In this document: positions 58,602 to 64,000 of the stretch, one piece after another
Numbering within the stretch: the stretch's first letter is position 1
How the letters are laid out: every line of letters starts with the position of its first letter
From: Alphaproteobacteria bacterium
Lineage (GTDB): Bacteria > Pseudomonadota > Alphaproteobacteria > Bin95
Direction: 5' to 3'
Assembly: GCA_965205265.1 (NCBI GenBank)
Contig: CBDBGH010000001.1
Location: 129,077 to 193,076 of the forward strand
DNA: 64,000 nucleotides
Notes under the pieces: generated by a model
The model's input: only the letters and a program-made list of their open reading frames with translations
Database searches by the model: none
Told to the model about the DNA's origin: nothing
Position numbers and translations under genes: made by a program

Positions 58602-58997
58602 TCATCGCCAGGGCCCTATCTCCTTGATCGTTTTCCTGAGGCATTTGAGGTGATGTTTCATCAGTTTGATGTCGTGGAGGTAATCCTGCTCCGGCCGGAA
58701 CCCGTGGCCCGGGTCGATGTGGAATGGGTTGCGGGTAAAGCACTCGAACAGATTGATGCCGCCCCAGGTGCCGAGAGCCTGTTCGAGGCTTTTCGCCGTA
58801 TGATGTAAGGGCGAACCGGGTCCGTCATTATCCTTCATTTTATAAGGGTGTGCGTGGATATGCTGCAGCATGTCGGTCCGCATGTAGCTGTTCAGGAGCA
58901 TGGGGGAGTGGGTCGGTGTCTTCGGAACGGCAAAGCCCATCCTGTCTTCTGGCGGCAGGTCCACGGTGTCCTGCCCGTCGTCGTTGTCAATCATCAT
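58602..58997 (-). CDS. hypothetical protein (outer transposon cargo), possibly degenerate
   Basis: 131-aa ORF between the outer IR and the res-like region. Confidence 0.5.
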   Translation of the reverse strand: MMIDNDDGQDTVDLPPEDRMGFAVPKTPTHSPMLLNSYMRTDMLQHIHAHPYKMKDNDGPGSPLHHTAKSLEQALGTWGGINLFECFTRNPFHIDPGHGFRPEQDYLHDIKLMKHHLKCLRKTIKEIGPWR

Positions 58998-59182
58998 TTG
59001 CCCCCCGGCGGCATCCCCAAAAACCTTGCCCGAACCTCGCAGCAAACCCCGGTTTGATGTGACGCTGCGAAGCCGTTCGCAAAAACTCCGGATCGACCTT
59101 CGAATTTCATAAATACCCATATAAAAACCTATAGCCGACAAAGCTGGTGCCGTCTAAGTTAATATGAAAGTGGGGAGCAACC

Positions 59183-59780
59183 ATGCTGATTGGCTACACG
59201 CGCGTATCGACCGGAGAGCAGAATTTCGATCTTCAGTGCGACGAGTTGAAGCGTGCCGGGTGCGAGAAAATCTATGATGACGTATGCTCCGGTTGTTCCA
59301 CAGAGCGGCCCGGTCTTGCGAAGGCGCTCGAAGTTGCCCGTGCGGGAGATGCGCTGATTGTATGGAAACTCGACCGTATCGGTCGCTCGCTTGCCCATGT
59401 AGTCGGCCTGGTGGGTGACTTGCGTGAATGCGGGATCTGCTTCAAAGTTCTGACTGGTGACGTAGACACCACGACAACGACCGGCCGCCTGGTCTTCGGC
59501 ATTTTCGCAACGCTGGCGGAATTCGAACGCGATCTAAATCCATGAACGTACCATGGCGGGACTGGCTGCGGCCCGCGGCAGGGCCGGCGGGCGCCCGCTT
59601 GTGATGACCCGAAAGAAGCTGAAGGCGGCCATGGCGATGATGTCAGACCGGGACAATGCCGCACGCGATGTCGCGGCTGAACTCGGTGTGTCCCTGTCGA
59701 CGCTCTATGCTTATGTCGATGCGAAGGGAGAACCGCGCGCTCGAGCCAACGAGTTGCTCGCCAAGCAAAACGTAATGTGA
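59183..59780 (+). pseudogene. serine resolvase, frameshifted
   Basis: IGYTRVSTGEQ...AEFERDL, frameshift near 59540, then MAGLAAAR.RG...HTH. Confidence 0.85.
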
Positions 59781-59799
59781 CAAGTCAGGCCTGACGAAG

Positions 59800-60478
59800 T
59801 TGCCGGCAGGATTCCTGAGCGATGGTCAGGTCCGTGAGTATGCCCGCTTCAACGGCGAACCGACACCCGACCAACTGGCCCGCTATTTCCACCTCGATGA
59901 CACCGATCGCGCGTTCGTCGCCACGCATCGCGGCGATCACAATCGTCTGGGTGTCGCCGTCCAGCTCGGATCGTTGCGCATGCTGGGGATTTTTCTCGAA
60001 GATCCGGGCCGGGTTCCGACCTCGGCCCTGCGCTTTACCGCCCGCCAGCTTTCTCTCTCCGATCCTGAGGAATTAATAGCGGAACATGCACTTGGTGAAG
60101 GACGCTGGCGACATGCTCCCCGTATCCGCCAGCAATATGGCTATCGCCCCTTTACCGATCCCGGTGCAGGATTCCGGCTCAATCGTTTCCTTTATGCTCT
60201 GTGTTGGACAGGATCGGATCAAGCTTCCGCCCTTTTCGACCGAGCAGCCGCCTGGTTGCTGGAGGCCAAGGTTCCGCTCCCTGGTCCATCTGTTCTCGAG
60301 CGCATCGTGGCCAGGGTGCGCGCACGAGCGACCGCCCGCCTGCACCGACTGTTGATCGAAACGATGACACCCAAGCAACGGGCAAGGCTCGACAGGCTTG
60401 TCGCAGTTCCGGAAGGGGAGCGACAAAGTCCACTCGATCGGTTGAGGAACGGTCCATACATCCAGAGCAACCGGGAAG
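59800..60478 (+). pseudogene. Tn3 transposase N-terminal fragment (DUF4158-like)
   Basis: FLSD.Q...LARYFHLDD...RGDHNRLG.AVQL; cut by IS66 debris. Confidence 0.8.
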
Positions 60479-61490
60479 TCCGCCGGGCGACGGGCGGCAG
60501 CCCGCCCATCCTCTCCGCCCACGGCCAGCCGTTGCTGTCGGTCACGGCCTGGAGCCTGCGCGGGAGGTGGGGGCCGCAGGGCCGGTGCCTGCGGTTCCTG
60601 TAGGTGAGGTACGCCTTCCAGCGGTCGTGGACGATGACGCCTCCGTACCTGGGTATGATCCCGATGCCGTCGATGGCCCCGCATCCGCGCTTTCGGTGCG
60701 GCCGCCTGCCCGTGACCGGCCCGCCGGAGCGGACGTGGATCCAGTGGTCCGTTCCGTTCACCCGCAGCGAGGTCCCGTCCACGTCGGCAACGGCGTGGTC
60801 CCGGAGAGCGGCCGCCCGGCCATCGCCTGGATCATGGCCGCCGTCCGCACGGGCGGGACCATCCGGGCACAGAGCGGGTGGACGGCGCAGGCGGCGATGC
60901 CCGGCCCGTACCGCAGGGGTCCCGGCATGGTGTCGGGGAACGCCCCCGTCGTCCGGGCGCCGCAGCGCGGGCAGTCCCTGACCCCGGCCACGACCCGGCG
61001 GTCCCGGAGACGATGTCGACCCCGCCGCGCTCCCCGTGCCCGGAGCATCCGGTTCCGGTCAGGTCGTGGCCACACCCGCGGCACCCGGACCCGGTTCCGT
61101 GACGGTGACCGTGCGCAGGTTGCCCGGGTCCGTCCGGCCCGCCTTCGGCCCCCTGCCGCCGGAGCCCTTTCCGGCGCTCCGCGCGATCCCGTCCCCGTCC
61201 CTGCGCGACGGCGGCAGGCCGGAGTTGCGCGGGGTCCTCCGCGTCGTCCTCCCGGCAGCACCGCCACCAGGAGGTCCAGAAGCATGAAGAGGACGTTGAC
61301 CGTCTCGACCGTCTCGACCGTCTCCGCGCCCGCCCCGCCGCTCCGCCTGATGGCGGCGGCACCGGGATCGGCAGTCCTCCAGCCGCCTGGGCGGCAATGT
61401 ATAGGCGTGCCTGTCAGGGAATCCGGAACGGCAGCCACGCGGTCAACCTTGCATCAGGCCGGATTCAGTGGGAAGGGGGGGGGTAGTTAC
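60479..61490 (-). mobile_element. IS66-family remnant (frameshifted transposase)
   Basis: GTAACTAC terminus at 61490; PRNSGLPPS, CPRCG...YGPGI, DGTSLRVNG..HW, VHDRWKAY. Confidence 0.75.
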
Positions 61491-61656
61491 CGCCGTTCCA
61501 TTGATACACGTTCGATTTTCCGATCGTTGGCAATCCGGAATCACTGCGCTGACAGCCCACCGTTCCACTCGACCCAGCCTCTCAGGGCCGGAAGAGCTCG
61601 CTTGCTCCGGGTTTCGGCTTTGGCAATGGAAAGATCTCGGTTCGCCGCGCAGGCAC

Positions 61657-62509
61657 CTATCCCGCGAACCAACAGCTGACCGCGCCTCCAGTTTCGGAAT
61701 ACTTGATCCTGTTCCAGTTCGGATCGCCATTCAGCGCATTTCTGGCCTCTGAATATGCGCCTGGCATTGCCCGCCGAAATACCGGTGCATCCACATATGC
61801 CCACCAATTGAACCCACCGTCTTTGCTCTCGACCCAATCCATGTCCTGCCTACCGCCATACGACCTCTGAGGACGACCGATATTTCTGGCCGCGTAGGAA
61901 TGAACCCTCTCCTGCCTGACCGTTTCCTGGAAGAGAAACGTACCCGCCATGTCCATCCGTTCGACGTTTCGTTTCTTGAGTTCAGAAGGGTCTGCCAACC
62001 AAAGAAAGGTCTGATGCATTACCATTGAGTCCAATGCAAAATTCACAGGTCAGTTCAGGATGACCATATAGAAGGAACAGCGAATTCAGAATCGATGTCA
62101 TCAATCCATAAGTTGGCCAGTGCGAGGAAGATCCCCCATATCTGGATATGACCTTGGCATGGGCATCTGCGACGGCCCATGACTCAAGCGCCAGAATCGC
62201 CCTTTTCCCTGCTGCGCCATCGTCACCGAAATACCACCTGCTTGAATTGACAATCACGAATGCCTGCATTCGGAGTGTCTGATCTGAATGTCCCTGATGC
62301 GTTAGGTCAACAACGATTTCCGGTGCCGGTGATGAGGTTGAGATTCTACTGTTTGACAGCCGGCATCCTCGTGCTTGAGCCTTACTTGCCTTAAGCTGCG
62401 CAAGAACCCGATCAAGAGAAGTTGGACGACCCTGTGCAAACGCTCCTTGGCCTGACAGCCCCATGCCAGCGGCAGCGGCGGAGCGGAGCAGGAAATCCCG
62501 TCGCAACAT
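61657..62509 (-). pseudogene. Tat-exported alginate-lyase-like protein, frameshifted
   Basis: Tat signal LRRDFL; AILALESWAVADA; NFALDSMVM in a second frame. Confidence 0.4.
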
Positions 62510-62989
62510 CGAGTTTCCTCCTTCAAGTCTTCACCTACCGCGAATTCTACTGGAAAGGCTTATCCCGTTGACTGCGGCCCCGCAAGAGGTTGTACTGGTG
62601 ACCTGTCGGCCAGCCTACCGCATTCCGGCGGAATCCGGGCCGCCGCCGTCGCGGCAGGGCATCGACGCCCCGTCCACCTCCGCGACTGCCTGCTGCGGGC
62701 GACGGAGGAAGCTCTCGCCGGAAAAGTCGGGGCCGGAGAACCGCGACCGGCTCATCAAGGCGCTAGGGCGCAGGGTCTTGCCGTGGCGTAACGCGGTGAA
62801 GGACAGGATCGGGCACCGGACGCTTCCTTTCAACGGCGGTCAATGATCGACGAATCTGCCGACATGTCCCCTTTCAGATCGCCTGCTTCAATGGCCTTCG
62901 ACATATTCCCTTCGTTCGGCTGGCGAACCCAAACCGGCCGAAAGCATCCATAGTGAAGACGAAACGGACGTTCTGGGCAGTCACTCGCT

Positions 62990-63936
62990 GAGATACCTGC
63001 AGAGAAAGATCGTTCTGGTGGCTTTCCCAAGCCCAGGCAGCGCGGCGAAGACCCGGTGGCTACAGCTTCATCGATGGGCGCGGGCTGCTCCGGTATTCGC
63101 TGGTGATCAGTCCGGCTGAACGCGGGAGCACCTATGCCATCGACGGGCCGATGCACAACGATGTCGTCAGGAGCACGATCCATTCCACGGATGAACACGG
63201 GTTCAGGGAGGCGATTTTCCGCCTCACCCACCTGCTCGGCATCTCCTGTGCGCCGAGGTTCAGGAACCTGAAGAGGCAAACCCTCCACCACTTCCGGAAC
63301 CGCAGGAACGCAAGCGGCGACTGGATGATCGCGCCGAAGAAATACGTCAACGAGAAAGTCATTCCCGAATGCTGGGATGACCTGCTGCGCCTTGCCGTCA
63401 CGATCAGGCTCAGGGAGGCAACCGCACCAAGCATCCTCCGCCGACTGAATTCCCACTCCCACCAGCACCGCCTCCACCAGGCGATGAAGGCTTTCGGCCA
63501 GATCATCAAGTCGATGTTCATCCTGCGCTACATCAACAAGGTCGAGCTGCGTCAGGCCATCGAGAGGCAGCTGGGCAAAACCGAACTGGCGAACGGGTTC
63601 ACCCGCGCGGTTGCGGTCGGAAATCCAAACGGTCTGGAATACGCCGAAAAATCCGAACAGGAGATCGCCGAAGGCTGCAATCGATTGATCAGGAACAGCA
63701 TAATCTGCTGGAACTGCCTCTACCTGACACGAAAAGTTGCAACGGCAAAGACCGGGGAAGAGCGGAAAAGGCTGCTGGATATCATCGAAACACATTCGCC
63801 GCAGTCGTGGGGCAGCTTCAACATGCTCGGAGAGTTCGATTTCCCGGACGGGAAGCTTCAGGATGCGACCGGCGTGCTTCCCCTCAAAAAACAGGCCAAA
63901 ACCATCCCCGAAAATTGGGAGGCGCCAAATCGATGA
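62990..63936 (+). pseudogene. Tn3-family transposase C-terminal fragment
   Basis: VISPAER..YAIDG, HSTD.HGF, LRQAIERQL.K.E..N.F, IICWN..YL, HSP..W..FNMLGEFDF. Confidence 0.85.
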
Positions 63937-64000
63937 TACAGAAGCCGTTTCAACAGTATATCGAAAATCCTACGGTGGATTCGGGGCCTTTGTGGTGTTA

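Larger units (their letters stand above)
54879..60478 (+). mobile_element. outer Tn3-family transposon remnant (its IR split by the inner transposon)
   Basis: Removing 54916-58589 rebuilds the 38-bp IR GGGGTCTGAGTAGCAAAGGAACAGAAAACCTACATAAG; degenerate tnpR and truncated tnpA follow. Confidence 0.7.

Noticed and set aside
62630-62870. Possible IS701-like transposase scrap
   Set aside because: Only a weak IDES-type motif; too little evidence to call

Overview
GC-rich DNA that looks like a conjugative plasmid or integrated element of an alphaproteobacterium (Rhodobacterales-like; taxonomy inferred from the RepC/Trb/TraB gene set). 1-15 kb is accessory cargo: a decayed DNA methyltransferase-HNH fusion behind a perfect (AAGCGGCC)19 tract, two TbpB-barrel-type lipoproteins (one with a metzincin motif), an AAA ATPase, a Fic protein with a long C-terminal extension, an intact-looking IS110 with recognisable bridge-RNA features, and a PIN-domain toxin-antitoxin-like pair. 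A solitary repC (no repAB seen) is divergent from a ~32 kb transfer region (17-49.5 kb). That region holds an R64-like type IVb pilus operon, a dif-like Xer site, and a rearranged Trb-type T4SS with TraB/TraG/TraF. No relaxase is visible. Four small membrane coiled-coil genes sit antisense inside the transfer operons, each with its own putative sigma70 promoter. 49.6-54.6 kb is a defence-island remnant (drmB fragment; DUF6932-like, XRE-IrrE, beta-protein and sce7726-like genes between two IS30-type ends). 54.9-64 kb is transposon debris, including a complete Tn3-family element inserted with a 5-bp TSD inside the terminal IR of another Tn3. All family assignments come from motif recognition by eye; no database searches were run.
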